The notes under the pieces: model-generated
The model's input: the letters and a program-made list of their open reading frames with translations, nothing else
What the model was told of the DNA's origin: nothing
Databases searched by the model: none
Position numbers and translations under genes: made by a program
In this document: positions 24,535 to 35,578 of the stretch, piece after piece
Position numbering within the stretch: position 1 is the stretch's first letter
Layout of the letters: every line of letters starts with the position of its first letter
Origin: Planctomycetota bacterium
GTDB lineage: Bacteria; Planctomycetota; GCA-002687715; CAIWVZ01
Direction: 5' to 3'
Assembly: GCA_017853435.1 (NCBI GenBank)
Contig: JAFMJN010000002.1
Location: forward strand, 1-45,541
DNA: 45,541 nucleotides

Positions 24535-26265
24535 TCACAGAAGATCGAGCAGGTAGTCGATCGCTTCGATGCGGATGCCGGCATCGGCGTCGATCACCGC
24601 GCGTTCGTCGAGAAGGATCGGCGGTTTCGCGACCAAGAGACCGAGGGCGGCGACGAGCGCGGCATTCGTCTCTTCCTTGCCCTTCGAGGCGTCGACCGCG
24701 GCGATCAAGGGTTCGACCTGACGTCGATCGCCGAGCCGACCGACGGCGGTGGCCGTCGCCGATCGAATTTCCGGGACGCTGGTCTTGGCGAGGAGTGCGG
24801 TCAGGGCGGTGCCCGAATCCGCGGCGCCGCCGATGCCGACCGTGAGGGCCGCGGTGGCGACCACGTCCGGATCCCTCGATTCCGCCAGGAACTTCGCCGC
24901 CGTCGCGAGTCCTTCGGGATGCCGGGTCAACGCGACCCAATTCAGCAGGTGACAGGTGAGGAAGGGGTTGCCCTTCTTCTCCAGTTTCTCTTTGATCATC
25001 GGCCAAGCGTCGCGATCTCCCGCGATACCGAGCCCGACCGCCGCGGCACCACGGACGATTTCATCCCGTGCTTCGGTGAACGCGGCCCGAAGGATCGCGT
25101 GCGACCCGGCGCGCTTGGAGAGGCCGAGGGCGATCAGGGCGAACGCCCGGTGCTGACGGTCCTGTTCCTTCGACTCCTTCAAGAGGGCGGCCCATGCGGC
25201 ATCGGCTCCAGGACCGGTGCGAGCCGCCAAACGGCCGAGAGCGATGGTCATCGCGTGGCGCGGTTCGGCGGTCGGTTCCCGACCCGCCGCCGCGACGAGG
25301 AGCGTCGCGTTGGCTACGTCGTCGCCCGGTGTCGTACGTCCCAACACCGTCGCCGCGGCTCCGCGGACACCAGCGACCGGATCCTTCAAGAATCCGGCGG
25401 CGTATCCGCGCGTGGACGCGTCTCGGACTTTGGCGAGACCGAGGAAGGCGTGGACGCGGAGAATCTCGTCGCTCGCGGGAACCACCGCGTGGGCCCCCCG
25501 AATGGCTTCGGAAACGAGCGGTGCACGGGTCTCGTCGCCCAAGTCCCCACGACTCCAAAGGCCCGCGGCCAAGATTCGACAGGCGTCGGCATGCCCCGCG
25601 CGCGCCGCCGCTCCGCGATCGCGCGCGAGTTCGTCGCTCAAGCCGTCGACGAGGACCGCCTTCGCCGCCTCGCCACCGGAGAGCCCGAGGGCGAGAAGCG
25701 CCAATCCGCGTTCCTTCGCGGTTCGGCCTTCGGCGCCGAGGGCTTTGACGAGCGCCGCGTCGGCGTCGGGATGGCGGCAATAGCCGAGCCCCGTGAGGGC
25801 CGCTTCGACGACTTTGCGATCGCGGTCCTCCAACCGGGCCACGAGCAACGGAATGTCCTTCGGATCCGCGTTCCGACCGAGCGCGACGCACGCCGCGGCT
25901 CGGACGTCGGAGCCCCGATCCTCGAGGGCGGCGCGAAGGACGGGAAGAACGCGCGCCCGCGTTTCGGCGGGGGTCGGAACCCGCATCCCCGAGGCGTTCG
26001 TCGAGCCCGGTTCCGCGTCTTCCGCCAAACCGCGCGGCGGGAGGAGGTCTTCGCGGTTGTAGGCCCACCACGATTCCCAACGCGTCGCGTCGATCTTCGC
26101 CGCGACGGTCACGCCCTGTCCCGCCGGACGATTCGGGCGGCCACGAGCGGCGCCGGGCGGCAACGGTGCGGGACGCAATCCCGGGCCGAGATATTGGCCC
26201 CCTTGGGCTTCGAGGCACGGCGTCAACGTCACCGCGGCGAGGAACAACACGTGGACGGGCTTCAT
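24535..26265 (-). CDS. Secreted HEAT-repeat (PBS-lyase HEAT-like) protein
   Basis: The track ORF 24535..26340 is trimmed to ATG 26265 ('MKPVHVLFLAAVTLTPCLEAQG', a signal peptide). Repeated 'VR.AAA.ALG..GD...IPLL...L.D' units throughout. Confidence 0.75.
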   Translation of the reverse strand: MKPVHVLFLAAVTLTPCLEAQGGQYLGPGLRPAPLPPGAARGRPNRPAGQGVTVAAKIDATRWESWWAYNREDLLPPRGLAEDAEPGSTNASGMRVPTPAETRARVLPVLRAALEDRGSDVRAAACVALGRNADPKDIPLLVARLEDRDRKVVEAALTGLGYCRHPDADAALVKALGAEGRTAKERGLALLALGLSGGEAAKAVLVDGLSDELARDRGAAARAGHADACRILAAGLWSRGDLGDETRAPLVSEAIRGAHAVVPASDEILRVHAFLGLAKVRDASTRGYAAGFLKDPVAGVRGAAATVLGRTTPGDDVANATLLVAAAGREPTAEPRHAMTIALGRLAARTGPGADAAWAALLKESKEQDRQHRAFALIALGLSKRAGSHAILRAAFTEARDEIVRGAAAVGLGIAGDRDAWPMIKEKLEKKGNPFLTCHLLNWVALTRHPEGLATAAKFLAESRDPDVVATAALTVGIGGAADSGTALTALLAKTSVPEIRSATATAVGRLGDRRQVEPLIAAVDASKGKEETNAALVAALGLLVAKPPILLDERAVIDADAGIRIEAIDYLLDLL

Positions 26266-26398
26266 CGCTTCCTCCGGGCGGAATCGCTCGGCGCTCTCAT
26301 CGAACGCCTTCCGTATCCGCTCTACGGTTCCGTGATGCAAACGCCGGGCCGAAAGCGGTCGACCGAAGCGATGCGGTGCGCGACCGCCGTGCGGACGA

Positions 26399-26480
26399 TG
26401 CGAGAGGGGGGACTTGAACCCCCACGGGTCACCCCACCAGATCCTAAGTCTGGCGCGTCTGCCAATTTCGCCACTCTCGC
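26399..26480 (-). tRNA. tRNA-Leu (anticodon UAG), type II with long variable arm, no encoded CCA
   Basis: Reverse complement reads GCGAGAG-TG-GCG-AAATTGGCAGA-CGC-G-CCAGA-CTTAGGA-TCTGG-TGGGGTGACCCGTG-GGGGG-TTCAAGT-CCCCC-CTCTCGC-A. It has a 7-bp acceptor stem, GGTTCAAGT T-arm, anticodon loop CT-TAG-GA, and is 82 nt long. Confidence 0.9.
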
Positions 26481-26487
26481 GAACGTT

Positions 26488-28248
26488 TCACTTCCGCAAC
26501 GTGCCGAGCCAAGCTTTGCGGAGCCGCTTGGCCGTCGCGCCCGCCTTCGAATTCACCGAGTACGTCACCGGCGGAGCCGGATGCGCCCGCGGCGCGAAGG
26601 TGAGCGTGACGAGTCGATCCGATCGGAAGACCGTCACCGAGATCTTAGCACCCGGCTTCTTGCCCGCGATCACGCCGGAGGGATCGCCGACGATGCGGCG
26701 TCCGTCGATCGCGACCCATTCGTCGCGTGGGGAAAGCCCCGCTTCGCGGGCGGGGCCCCCCGCAAGGGCTTCGTCCACGATCCATCTTCCCGCTTCCAAG
26801 CGGTTGACGACGCCCGCCCAAGCGCCGACCGGCTTGGCGTGTTCCGCGACGACGCCGAAGGGGGCGAGGAGCGCGTCGAGGGGCGGAAGCGCACCGCCGC
26901 TGACGTAACGGGTGTGCCACTTCATCGCGCGAGGTCCCAAGATTTCGACCGCGCAGGAAAGCCACGCGGATTCGTGGAACGGCTCGCCGGCTTCGCGTCG
27001 AAGCCATAGGGCGCGCATCAGAGCGTCGACGCTCCCCGTCCCCGAAGCGCGGGCTTCGAGATCGAGAGCGGCGGCGCACAAAGCGCCTTGTGCGTAATAG
27101 GAGACCGACGCCGAGCGCCACTCGTCGTTCTTCTTGTAGAACTTGATCCAGGCGTCGATGGATGCGTCATGGAGCGATTGTGCCGAGGCGCCCGGCATCG
27201 CCGACAACGTGTTGCGGAGATCGGCGAGGATGGAGAGATACGCGGTTTCGGAGATGACTCCGGAACGGACGAGGAGAAGGTCGTCGTAGTACGACGTGAA
27301 CCCTTCGTGGAACCAGAGCATCGACGTGGACGCTTCGCGCGTGAGATCGGGCGCGTCGATCGTTGCATCGGTCAGACGCTTGACGTTCCACGCGTGGAAG
27401 TGTTCGTGGGCGACGAGACCCGCGAAGGCCGCGCGGCGCTCGGGCGTGACGGTCGCATCCGTCGGGATCTGCAGCGCGCATCCGTCGCGATGCTCGAGCC
27501 CTCCCATGCCCTCCTGAGGCGGTGCGGTGTAGCCGAGGAAGGTGTACTGCGCGTAGGGAAGTCCGCCGAACAACGTCGAGGCTTCCGCGACGGCTTTCGC
27601 GGCATCCTCGGCGACCGCATCGAGATCGACGCGATCGGCGTCGGGGCCGCCGACGACGAATCGGTGGGGCTTGCCGCCCGCGCGGAACGCCTTCGTCCGT
27701 AGGCTTCCGGCGAGGAACGCGCCGTCCACCAAGGTTTCGTAGGTCGCCGCGACGAACGCGGAACGACCGACGGCCTCCGCTCCTTCGGAGCCGACGACGC
27801 CTTCGACCGTCCAACCCTTCGGAAGTCGGAACTCGACGCGATGGGGACGATTCAGGCGCCGATGAAGATCCCCGAAGGAGGCGACTTCGTCCAGAAACAA
27901 CGCGGCGGGAGCGATGAACGCGTGCGTGTCCGAAAGCCAATTCGTGCGGACGGAACGTTCGTAGGCGAAGGCTTCGTAGGTGATGCGGATGACGCCGTTC
28001 TTCGGAACGCGGACGCGCCAACGATCCTTGCCGATTTTCTCGGCGTCCGAATTCGCGAAGTCGACCGAAGTCAACTGACGGGCGTAGTCGCGGATCATGT
28101 ACGAGCCGGGAGTCCACGACGGAAGTCCGATCTCCGCGCTTCCGTCGGGCAGCGGACAGAGGATCGGAAGATCCACGCTCACGCGGATCCGATGCCCCGT
28201 CGTATCGGTGAGATCGACGCGGTGGACGACGACGTTCGAGGTCTTCAT
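26488..28248 (-). CDS. M61 family glycyl aminopeptidase-like metalloprotease with C-terminal PDZ domain
   Basis: The track ORF 26488..28614 is trimmed to ATG 28248 (ATGA overlap with purN). 'LVAHEHFHAWNVKRL' (HExxH plus WNVKR). C-terminal PDZ-like 'AREAGLSPRDEWVAIDGRRI'. Confidence 0.85.
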   Translation of the reverse strand: MKTSNVVVHRVDLTDTTGHRIRVSVDLPILCPLPDGSAEIGLPSWTPGSYMIRDYARQLTSVDFANSDAEKIGKDRWRVRVPKNGVIRITYEAFAYERSVRTNWLSDTHAFIAPAALFLDEVASFGDLHRRLNRPHRVEFRLPKGWTVEGVVGSEGAEAVGRSAFVAATYETLVDGAFLAGSLRTKAFRAGGKPHRFVVGGPDADRVDLDAVAEDAAKAVAEASTLFGGLPYAQYTFLGYTAPPQEGMGGLEHRDGCALQIPTDATVTPERRAAFAGLVAHEHFHAWNVKRLTDATIDAPDLTREASTSMLWFHEGFTSYYDDLLLVRSGVISETAYLSILADLRNTLSAMPGASAQSLHDASIDAWIKFYKKNDEWRSASVSYYAQGALCAAALDLEARASGTGSVDALMRALWLRREAGEPFHESAWLSCAVEILGPRAMKWHTRYVSGGALPPLDALLAPFGVVAEHAKPVGAWAGVVNRLEAGRWIVDEALAGGPAREAGLSPRDEWVAIDGRRIVGDPSGVIAGKKPGAKISVTVFRSDRLVTLTFAPRAHPAPPVTYSVNSKAGATAKRLRKAWLGTLRK

Positions 28249-28838
28249 GGGAGATATTCCGTCTTGCCCCCGACGAGGCGAGCGCGTCCTTCGACGAGCA
28301 GGCGGACCGCTTCGGGAAGCGCGGACATTTCTTCGGCGAAGACCCGTGCCGCGAGTGTCGTCGCATCGTCGTGGGGGAGGACGGGGCATGCGCGCTGAAC
28401 GATCACGGGACCCGCGTCGTAGTCGCGCGTGACGAAGTGCACGGTGCATCCCGAGACGCGCATGCCCGAGGCGATCACGGCTTCGTGGACGTGGCGTCCG
28501 AAGAAGCCCTTTCCGCCGAACAAGGGGAGCAGGGAAGGGTGGATGTTCACCGCACGCCCGACCCAAGCGTCGGGGATGTCCCACTTGCGCAGCCAACCCG
28601 CCAGCACGGCCCAATCGGCACCGGAGGCGTCGAGAGCGGGGGTCGGGCCTTCGGGGCCGACGACGTCGACGGGGACTCCGAACGCCTTCGCATGCGCGAC
28701 GGCGCCGATGTCCGGTTTCGACGCGAGGACGCGGACGATCTCGATCGGCAACTCTCCGGCGGCGGACCTTTCGAGAAGGTTGCGGAGGTGGCGACCACCA
28801 CCGGAGACGAGCACCGCGACTTTCGCCCGAGCCGTCAC
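28245..28838 (-). CDS. purN: Phosphoribosylglycinamide formyltransferase
   Basis: The track ORF 28245..29168 is trimmed to GTG 28838 (GTGA overlap with the ileS stop). 'KVAVLVSGGGRHLRNLL', 'LAGWLRKW', 'AVNIHPSLLPLFGGKG', 'SGCTVHFVTRDYDAGPVI'. Confidence 0.9.
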   Translation of the reverse strand: MTARAKVAVLVSGGGRHLRNLLERSAAGELPIEIVRVLASKPDIGAVAHAKAFGVPVDVVGPEGPTPALDASGADWAVLAGWLRKWDIPDAWVGRAVNIHPSLLPLFGGKGFFGRHVHEAVIASGMRVSGCTVHFVTRDYDAGPVIVQRACPVLPHDDATTLAARVFAEEMSALPEAVRLLVEGRARLVGGKTEYLP

Positions 28839-31800
28839 GCGCGCGTCACCTTGACGACGAGGCGGCGCCCATCGACGTCGAGGACCGTCCCGTCGAGCGC
28901 GGGCACCACGTCGAGGGAGAGACCGAGCGCTTCGCCGAGAAGAAGCCCGCGGAAAGCCGTCGCGGCTTCGACGACGTCGGCGTCTCCGTCGATCTCGAGA
29001 CGGATGCGATCGGCGACGTCGAGAGCCGCGTCCTTCCGGCAGCCTTGCACGCGATTCAGCACTTCGCGGGCGAGTCCTTCGCGCTGAAGATCCGGGGTGA
29101 CGGTCGTGTCGAGCGCGACCATCCATCCTCGTTCGGCGGACGCGACGAACGCTCCGCGACCGCGACATTCGACGAGAACATCCTTCGGCTCGATCGTGAA
29201 GGACGTGCCGTCGACGAGGAGTTCGCCCGAGCGTCCGTCCAGCAACGCGTCGAGGAGTTCCTTCGGCGGCGCCGCGAGTGCGGATTTGGCGGCACCGAGC
29301 TTCTTGCCGAGGCGCGGGCCGAGAGAGGGCAGATTGGGCTTCAACGTGAAATCCGCGACGTCCGTGCGTGCGTCCGCGACTTCGAGCACCTTCACGTTGA
29401 GCTCTTCTTTGATCGCCTCGACGACGTCACGGTCGGCGAGAGCCGCCTTCGCGGCGGCCGTCGGACCCGCCGCGACGATGCGGGCGAGGGGTTGACGGAC
29501 GCGAAGGTTCGACGTGGTGCGGACCGATCGCCCGAGCGCCACGATTTCGAGCGCCGCATCCATTCGGGAAAGCAGCGCGTCGTCGATCAAGCTCGAATCG
29601 ACGTCGGGAAGATCCGACAGGAATACCGAAGCATCGGCGTCGTCGGGATGAAGGGCGCGCCACAACTCGTCGGCCGAGAACGGCGCGACCGGGCCCATCA
29701 TGAGCGCGGTCAGGCGTAGTGCTTCGTGGAGCGTGGAGAAGGCGGATTTCTTGTCGTCGGCGTCGGTCGACTTCCAGAAGCGCGCCCGATTGCGGCGGAT
29801 GTACCAGTTCGAGATCTTGTCCACGAGTTCGCCGAGCGCGCGCACGGCCCGCTGCGGGTCGTACGCTTCCATCGACGCGCGGTAGTCCCGCAACGTCGCG
29901 TGGGCCGTGGCCAAGAGCCATCGGTCGAGGGTGGGGCGGCGTTCCGGCGACGGGGCGCCGTCGGACGGCTTCCATCCGTCGAGATTCGCATACATCGCGA
30001 AGAAGGCGTACGACGGCCAAAGCGTTCCGAAAACTTTGCGCCCCGTCTCGGCCACACCGTCCGGGTCGAACGACTTGGCGACGTGCGGCGGCGTCGTGGC
30101 GAGCAGATACCAACGGAGCGGGTCGGCCCCGTGCGCGTCGAGGATCGTCCACGGATCGATCGTGTTGCCGAGCGACTTGGACATCTTCTTGCCGTGCTTG
30201 TCGTTGATGTGTCCGTTGACGAGCACGTGCTTGTACGGAGCTTGGTCGAACAACAGCGTCGAAATCGCGAGAAGGCTGTAGAACCAACCGCGCGTTTGAT
30301 CGATGCCTTCGCAGATGAAGTCCGCCGGGAAGGTCGATTCGAAGGTTTCGGAGCCGGGTCGCGGCCAACCGCGTTGCGCGAACGGCATCGCTCCGGAATC
30401 GAACCAGCAGTCGAGGACTTCCGGAACGCGTCGCCACACGCCCGGTTCTCCCGGCTTCGTCCAGGTGACGTGGTCGATCCACGGTTTGTGCACGCGGAGA
30501 TGGAGCGGCATCGACGGATCCTTCGCGCGGGCGGCGTCGAACGCGTCGAAGGCGGAGGGGTTGCGTGCGAGGATGTCTTCCACGGATTCGACGACGTCCG
30601 CCGCTCCGGTGACGTCGTTGATCCAGATCGGAAGCGGCGTTCCCCAGAAGCGTTCGCGCGACACGGCCCAGTCGACGTTGTGACGCAGGAAGTCGCCGAA
30701 ACGGCCTTCACCGATCGTGGGCGGATGCCATGCGACTTCGGCGTTCAGGGCGAGCATCCGATCCTTGACGACCGTGGTCTTCACGTACCACGACTTGCGG
30801 GCGTACTGGATCAGCGGGTCGTCCATCTTGCGCCAACAGAACGGATACGCGTGGCGCACGCGCTCGGAGGCGAACAAGAGTCCGGCGGTCTTCAGTTCCT
30901 TGACGAGAAGCGGATCCGCCTTCTTGCAGAACACTCCCGCGACCGGAGTGACGCACGCGGCCATCGTTCCGTCGGGGGCGACGAGTTGCAGGAAACCGAG
31001 TCCCGCTTCCTTTGCCGCCCGCATGTCGTCTTCGCCGAACGCCGGTGCGAGGTGAACGATTCCGGTGCCTCCGTCGAATGTGACGAAGTCCGCGGCGATG
31101 ATCTCGTGGGCGCGTCCGCCTTCGGGCGTCGCGAAGGCGAAGGGGGGCACGTACTTCTTGCCGACCAAGTCGGCACCCTTCATCGTCGCGACGATCTCGT
31201 GCGCCCGGTTCTTGACCACCGACGCGAGCAGGGCTTCTCCGACGACGACGCGTTCCTCGGGATCCGTGTCGGTCGCGGCGAGTCGGACGTCGACGTAGGT
31301 GCCTTCGGCGGAAACGGCGAGCCCGACGTTGGACGGCAAGGTCCACGGGGTGGTCGTCCACGCGAGGAACGCGCGATCGCCGCCGACTTCCTTGAAACGC
31401 ACGGTGACGGATGGGTCTTCCACGTCCTTGTAGCCGTCGCCGACTTCACCCGCCGACAACGCGGTGCCACCGCCCGGCCACCACCACACCACCTTGTGGC
31501 CTTGGTGGAGGAGCCCCTTCTTCCAAAGCGACGCCACGGCCCACCACACGGATTCGACGTACGGTTCGTGACAGGTGACGTAAGCCGACTCGAGATCGAG
31601 CCAGTACCCGATGCGATCGGTCAGAGCTTCCCAGTCGGCGGTGTAGCGGAACACCGAATCGATGCACTTCTTGGTGAACGGCTCGAGACCGTACGCCTCG
31701 ATGTCCGCCTTCCCGTGGATCCCGAGTTCCTTTTCCACCTGCACTTCGACGGGAAGCCCGTGGGTGTCCCATCCGGCTTTGCGATCGACGCGACGGCCCG

Positions 31801-32032
31801 CGAGATCGTGGTAGCGGCAGACGACGTCCTTCAGCGTGCGCGCGAGCACGTGATGAATGCCCGGCTTGCCGTTGGCGGTCGGAGGACCTTCGTAGAAGGT
31901 GAATGTCGGTGCATCCTTGCGACGTGCCTGCGAACGCGCGAAGAGACCGGTCGCCTTCCATCGGGCGAGCACGGCGTTTTCGGTCGCGACCTGCGCGCGC
32001 GCACCGCCGAGTTCGGGGAAACCTCCGCTCAC
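28835..32032 (-). CDS. ileS: Isoleucine--tRNA ligase, type 2
   Basis: The track ORF 28835..32593 is trimmed to GTG 32032 (GTGA overlap with the upstream stop), giving ~1066 aa. '[26 protein letters not shown]' is the type-2 HIGH region. KMSKS '[10 protein letters not shown]'. Confidence 0.95.
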   Translation of the reverse strand: MSGGFPELGGARAQVATENAVLARWKATGLFARSQARRKDAPTFTFYEGPPTANGKPGIHHVLARTLKDVVCRYHDLAGRRVDRKAGWDTHGLPVEVQVEKELGIHGKADIEAYGLEPFTKKCIDSVFRYTADWEALTDRIGYWLDLESAYVTCHEPYVESVWWAVASLWKKGLLHQGHKVVWWWPGGGTALSAGEVGDGYKDVEDPSVTVRFKEVGGDRAFLAWTTTPWTLPSNVGLAVSAEGTYVDVRLAATDTDPEERVVVGEALLASVVKNRAHEIVATMKGADLVGKKYVPPFAFATPEGGRAHEIIAADFVTFDGGTGIVHLAPAFGEDDMRAAKEAGLGFLQLVAPDGTMAACVTPVAGVFCKKADPLLVKELKTAGLLFASERVRHAYPFCWRKMDDPLIQYARKSWYVKTTVVKDRMLALNAEVAWHPPTIGEGRFGDFLRHNVDWAVSRERFWGTPLPIWINDVTGAADVVESVEDILARNPSAFDAFDAARAKDPSMPLHLRVHKPWIDHVTWTKPGEPGVWRRVPEVLDCWFDSGAMPFAQRGWPRPGSETFESTFPADFICEGIDQTRGWFYSLLAISTLLFDQAPYKHVLVNGHINDKHGKKMSKSLGNTIDPWTILDAHGADPLRWYLLATTPPHVAKSFDPDGVAETGRKVFGTLWPSYAFFAMYANLDGWKPSDGAPSPERRPTLDRWLLATAHATLRDYRASMEAYDPQRAVRALGELVDKISNWYIRRNRARFWKSTDADDKKSAFSTLHEALRLTALMMGPVAPFSADELWRALHPDDADASVFLSDLPDVDSSLIDDALLSRMDAALEIVALGRSVRTTSNLRVRQPLARIVAAGPTAAAKAALADRDVVEAIKEELNVKVLEVADARTDVADFTLKPNLPSLGPRLGKKLGAAKSALAAPPKELLDALLDGRSGELLVDGTSFTIEPKDVLVECRGRGAFVASAERGWMVALDTTVTPDLQREGLAREVLNRVQGCRKDAALDVADRIRLEIDGDADVVEAATAFRGLLLGEALGLSLDVVPALDGTVLDVDGRRLVVKVTRA

Positions 32033-32868
32033 GACGGCATCCTTTCGAGAACGTTGACGACGATCGACGCGAGTTTGGGTTCGGCGACTTCGGCCACCTT
32101 CAGGATCTCGGAGAGTTCGGTCGGGTGCAGAGCGTCGGGCAGGCAACGATCGGTGATGACCGACAGTCCGAGGACGCGCGTTCCTTGGTGGCGCGCCACG
32201 ATCACTTCGGGAACCGTGCTCATCCCGACGACGTCGGCCCCCATCGCGCGCAGCATGCGGTATTCGGCGCGGGTTTCGAGATTGGGGCCGCCGACCGCGA
32301 CGTACACGCCCTTCTGCATCCGGATGCCGAGATCGAGCGCGGCGGATTGGGCGAGCGCCGAAAGTGCATGGTCGTACGGCGCCGACATGTCGGGAAACCG
32401 CGGGCCCAACGCGTCGTCGTTGTCGCCGCGGAGCGGATTGTCGCCCATCATGTTGATGTGATCGTCGATCACCATGAGATCGCCGACGTCCCAGTTGGGA
32501 TTCATGCCGCCGCACGCGTTGGAGACGATCAAGGTTTCGATCCCGAGGGCTTTCATCACGCGCACGGGGAACGTCACCTCCGCGAGCGACCAACCTTCGT
32601 ACCAGTGGTAGCGACCCTGCATCGCGACGACGGGTTTGCCGCCGAGTTCTCCGAGCAACAGGTTGCCCGCGTGCGATTGAACCTTCGAGACTCCGAATCC
32701 GGGGATGGACTTGAAGGGGATCGACTTCGTCTTCTTGATGGAACCCGCCAGCGATCCGAGGCCCGTCCCGAGAATGAGGCCGACCTTCGGACGGAACCCC
32801 TTCGCGTGCTTACGGATCGCTTTTTCGGCCGCCGTGATCTTCGACTTCAACGTGCTCATTCCGCGTCT
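32029..32868 (-). CDS. punA: Purine nucleoside phosphorylase (trimeric PNP/PunA type)
   Basis: The track ORF 32029..33267 is trimmed to ATG 32868 ('[18 protein letters not shown]'). 'GLILGTGLG', '[10 protein letters not shown]', 'VSNACGGMN', '[15 protein letters not shown]'. Confidence 0.9.
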   Translation of the reverse strand, partial: RRGMSTLKSKITAAEKAIRKHAKGFRPKVGLILGTGLGSLAGSIKKTKSIPFKSIPGFGVSKVQSHAGNLLLGELGGKPVVAMQGRYHWYEGWSLAEVTFPVRVMKALGIETLIVSNACGGMNPNWDVGDLMVIDDHINMMGDNPLRGDNDDALGPRFPDMSAPYDHALSALAQSAALDLGIRMQKGVYVAVGGPNLETRAEYRMLRAMGADVVGMSTVPEVIVARHQGTRVLGLSVITDRCLPDALHPTELSEILKVAEVAEPKLASIVVNVLERMPS

Positions 32869-33173
32869 CCCCGTCGCTCGAACGCGAGCTGGAATCTCGC
32901 TTCGGCGTCCGCCTTTGTGATACCCGAAATCCGAAGGCTTTTCTCGCGGGACGACGCTCCGGCCGAGATGGAAATCGACGCGCGAGGAAGCCCGAGCGTC
33001 TTCGCCAACCAGCGGATCAGCGCGTCGTTGGCCGCACCGTCTTCGGGAGGGGCGGCGACGTCGACGCGCAAGGCGCCGTCGTGCAGGCCGCGTTCCCGCG
33101 TCGACGGCGAACCGGGACGGCACTTCACACGGAAGGCCACACCGTCCGACGTCGTCGTCAGCGCGGGCGTCAC
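32856..33173 (-). CDS. DUF167 (YggU-like) protein
   Basis: The track ORF 32856..33605 is trimmed to GTG 33173 (GTGA overlap with the kinase stop). '[12 protein letters not shown]...[52 protein letters not shown]' is a typical DUF167 layout. Confidence 0.7.
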   Translation of the reverse strand: MTPALTTTSDGVAFRVKCRPGSPSTRERGLHDGALRVDVAAPPEDGAANDALIRWLAKTLGLPRASISISAGASSREKSLRISGITKADAEARFQLAFERRGDAE

Positions 33174-35515
33174 TTCGCGGGCTTCGGAGGATCCCGTCGG
33201 TTGAGGAGCGCCGCCCGTGTCGAGGCGAGGTCGCCGAGCAGACGCGACGAGGCGCGTTCGAGCCCACCGAGTGCGGCGTCGTCTCCCGCGGTGGCGCGCG
33301 GCACGAGTTCGCGCACGCGGGTCCATATTTCCCAAGCCTCGGCTTCGCGGCGCAGCACCGCGACCAACGCCTCGCGTTCCGCGGCGTCCGGAAGGAGGGC
33401 CACCAGATCGAGCGCCTTTTCGGGGCGACCCGACCACACGTGGAACGCGACGAGATCTCGGATGGCTTCGGGCGTGCGATCGGGAACGGCGGAGAAGAAA
33501 CCGTCGAAGGCTTCGGCCGCTCCGCCCGCCGAGAAGGCGAAGGCGGATTCGTTCGAGCCGCGCTTCGCGGTGACGCCGGTCGGAGTCGCCGCGACCACCG
33601 TCCAATCGAGAGTCTTCCGGCGATCCTGCGGATTCGGCAGTTTGAGTTTCAGGTCGGGCGTGGCCTTGCAGTAGGCGACGAAGCGGTCGCGCACGCGGCG
33701 TACCGATTCCACGAGTCGGACGTCGGCTGCGAGATCGTCGGCCCCGATGCCGAGTCGGAGGCTTTTCGCGGCACCCTGCAAAATCTCCAAGGCGCGATCA
33801 GGGTCGAACGCGGCGGCGAGACGCCCCGACGTGCGTCGCGCGTCGAAGGCGACGACGACGTCGGCTTCCGTGTCGGCGGCACGTTTCTCCACCACCCGTC
33901 GGCGGATCGCCGCCGATTCGTCGAACAACGCCTTCACGAGGGGTTCGAGACGACGCGCGGCGACGGGCGGGGCGCCACCTCCGAAGTGCGCGGCCAACTC
34001 TTCGAGTTGGGCGCTCGCCTTGTCGGTCGCACCGGCCGCTTCGGATGCCTTCGCCTTCGCGAGCGCGTCTTTCGCGGTGCCTTCGGCGACCTTGAGGATT
34101 TTCTCGACGGCGACGTCGACTTCCGTCGTCTCGCCCGCGTTGGACGCGAGGGGACGCACGGGCGAAAACGCCGCGGTGGCTTCTCCGAATCGCAACGTCG
34201 CCGCGAGACCGTCGGCTTTTTCCGACGCCTTCACGAGCGCGTCGCGGAAGGCCGCGGCGCGCGATTCCGCGGATCGGTTCACCGCCTGCTCGCGCTCGCG
34301 TGCGGCGGCGATGAGTTCCGCCAATGCCGCGGCACGGTTCGCGGCGAGGTCCGCCGACGTCGTCCCGGGGAACTCCAAGGCGACGCGGTCGTAGAGGCGC
34401 TTGACCGGTTCCCAGTCGGGCTTCTCGGACTTCGCGGCGTCGTTGTCGGCGGCCTGAGCCGCGACGAACGCCGCCTTCGCGGTGCTTTCGCGCGATTCCC
34501 GTTCGGCGGCCGCGCGTTCACGGGCCGCTTTTTCCTCGGCGGTTTCCCCTTCGCGGATGACGATGGGAGCGACCGGGTCCGCGGGTTTCGGAGACTCGCG
34601 TGTCGCCATGATCCAACCGCCGCCCGCGAGCGCGGCGAGGGCGAGGAACAACGCGACTTTGAGTCCGGCTCCGGACTTCGGAGCGCTCCAACGCTCGAGT
34701 TCCGTGAGCAACGCTTCCGCGGATGCGGGGCGCGCCGACGGCTCCTTCGCGAGGAGCTTTTCGATGAGTTCTGCGACCGGTGCCGGAACATCGCGGTTGA
34801 TGTCGCGGACCGCGGGTGCGGCCTCTTCGATTTGACGACGGACGATTTCCTTCACGTCGGTCGCGTCGAACACCGTGCGTCCCGTCACGAGTCGGAACCA
34901 CGTCGCACCGAGCGAGTAGAGATCGCTGCGCGAATCGACGTCGAGTCCCTGCGCCTGTTCGGGGGAGATGTAGTGGGGCGTTCCGAGAATGCGATCCACC
35001 GCGTCGCCGCGACCCGGATCGAGCGCGAGACCCAAGTCCGCGATCTTGACCACGCCTTCGGCGTTGATCATCAGGTTGTCCGGCTTGATGTCGCGGTGAA
35101 CGATCGATTTCTTCTCGGCGTACACCAATCCGCGCGCGGCGTCGGTGACGATCGCGAGGGCGAGATCGAGATCGAGCGGCCCCGGCTTCGCGTCGAGAAG
35201 CGCCTGCACGCTTCCCTTCTCGATGAACTCCATCGAGTAGAAGTGGTGGGTCCCGTCGTGGCCGACGTCGTAGACCTGCACGATGTTCGGGTGGTTCAGT
35301 CGACCGGCGGCCTGCGCCTCGTCGGAGAACTTGCGAACGAAGGCCGGGTCGGCGGCGAGTTTCGGCGACAGGACTTTCAGGGCGACCGTGCGGTCGAGGC
35401 TTTGCTGGTTCGCTTTATAGACGACGCCCATCCCGCCCTTGCCGAGGCGCTCGATGATCTTGTAGCCGCCGATCGTCGTACCGATCAGGGGATCCGTGGA
35501 TGAGGGGCGCGTCAT
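33170..35515 (-). CDS. Hanks-type Ser/Thr protein kinase with one TM and ~470-aa extracytoplasmic helical domain
   Basis: 781-aa ORF. '[12 protein letters not shown]', 'VALKVL', '[11 protein letters not shown]', 'DLGLA', '[10 protein letters not shown]'. TM '[20 protein letters not shown]'. Confidence 0.9.
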   Translation of the reverse strand: MTRPSSTDPLIGTTIGGYKIIERLGKGGMGVVYKANQQSLDRTVALKVLSPKLAADPAFVRKFSDEAQAAGRLNHPNIVQVYDVGHDGTHHFYSMEFIEKGSVQALLDAKPGPLDLDLALAIVTDAARGLVYAEKKSIVHRDIKPDNLMINAEGVVKIADLGLALDPGRGDAVDRILGTPHYISPEQAQGLDVDSRSDLYSLGATWFRLVTGRTVFDATDVKEIVRRQIEEAAPAVRDINRDVPAPVAELIEKLLAKEPSARPASAEALLTELERWSAPKSGAGLKVALFLALAALAGGGWIMATRESPKPADPVAPIVIREGETAEEKAARERAAAERESRESTAKAAFVAAQAADNDAAKSEKPDWEPVKRLYDRVALEFPGTTSADLAANRAAALAELIAAAREREQAVNRSAESRAAAFRDALVKASEKADGLAATLRFGEATAAFSPVRPLASNAGETTEVDVAVEKILKVAEGTAKDALAKAKASEAAGATDKASAQLEELAAHFGGGAPPVAARRLEPLVKALFDESAAIRRRVVEKRAADTEADVVVAFDARRTSGRLAAAFDPDRALEILQGAAKSLRLGIGADDLAADVRLVESVRRVRDRFVAYCKATPDLKLKLPNPQDRRKTLDWTVVAATPTGVTAKRGSNESAFAFSAGGAAEAFDGFFSAVPDRTPEAIRDLVAFHVWSGRPEKALDLVALLPDAAEREALVAVLRREAEAWEIWTRVRELVPRATAGDDAALGGLERASSRLLGDLASTRAALLNRRDPPKPAK

Positions 35516-35578
35516 GGGAGGGACATTTCGTGGTCGAGCGGGGAGCCGAATCCTAGACGGTCGCGCGCGCGGAGAAAA

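Noticed and set aside
26266-26487. tRNA-Leu locus as a possible integration site or genomic-island boundary
   Set aside because: No integrase, transposase or phage-like gene flanks it, and I did not spot a direct repeat of the tRNA 3' half. The neighbours are ordinary chromosomal genes. The small GCGGT-GCGCG-ACCGC hairpin at 26373-26387 has no U-tract.
29726-32461. 911-aa plus-strand ORF opposite ileS
   Set aside because: ileS (HIGH-type and KMSKS motifs, ~1066 aa) occupies the minus strand. The plus-strand product is Arg/Gly/Val-rich and motif-free.
33440-35503. 687-aa plus-strand ORF opposite the Ser/Thr kinase
   Set aside because: The Hanks kinase subdomains are intact on the minus strand, so the plus frame is a shadow ORF.
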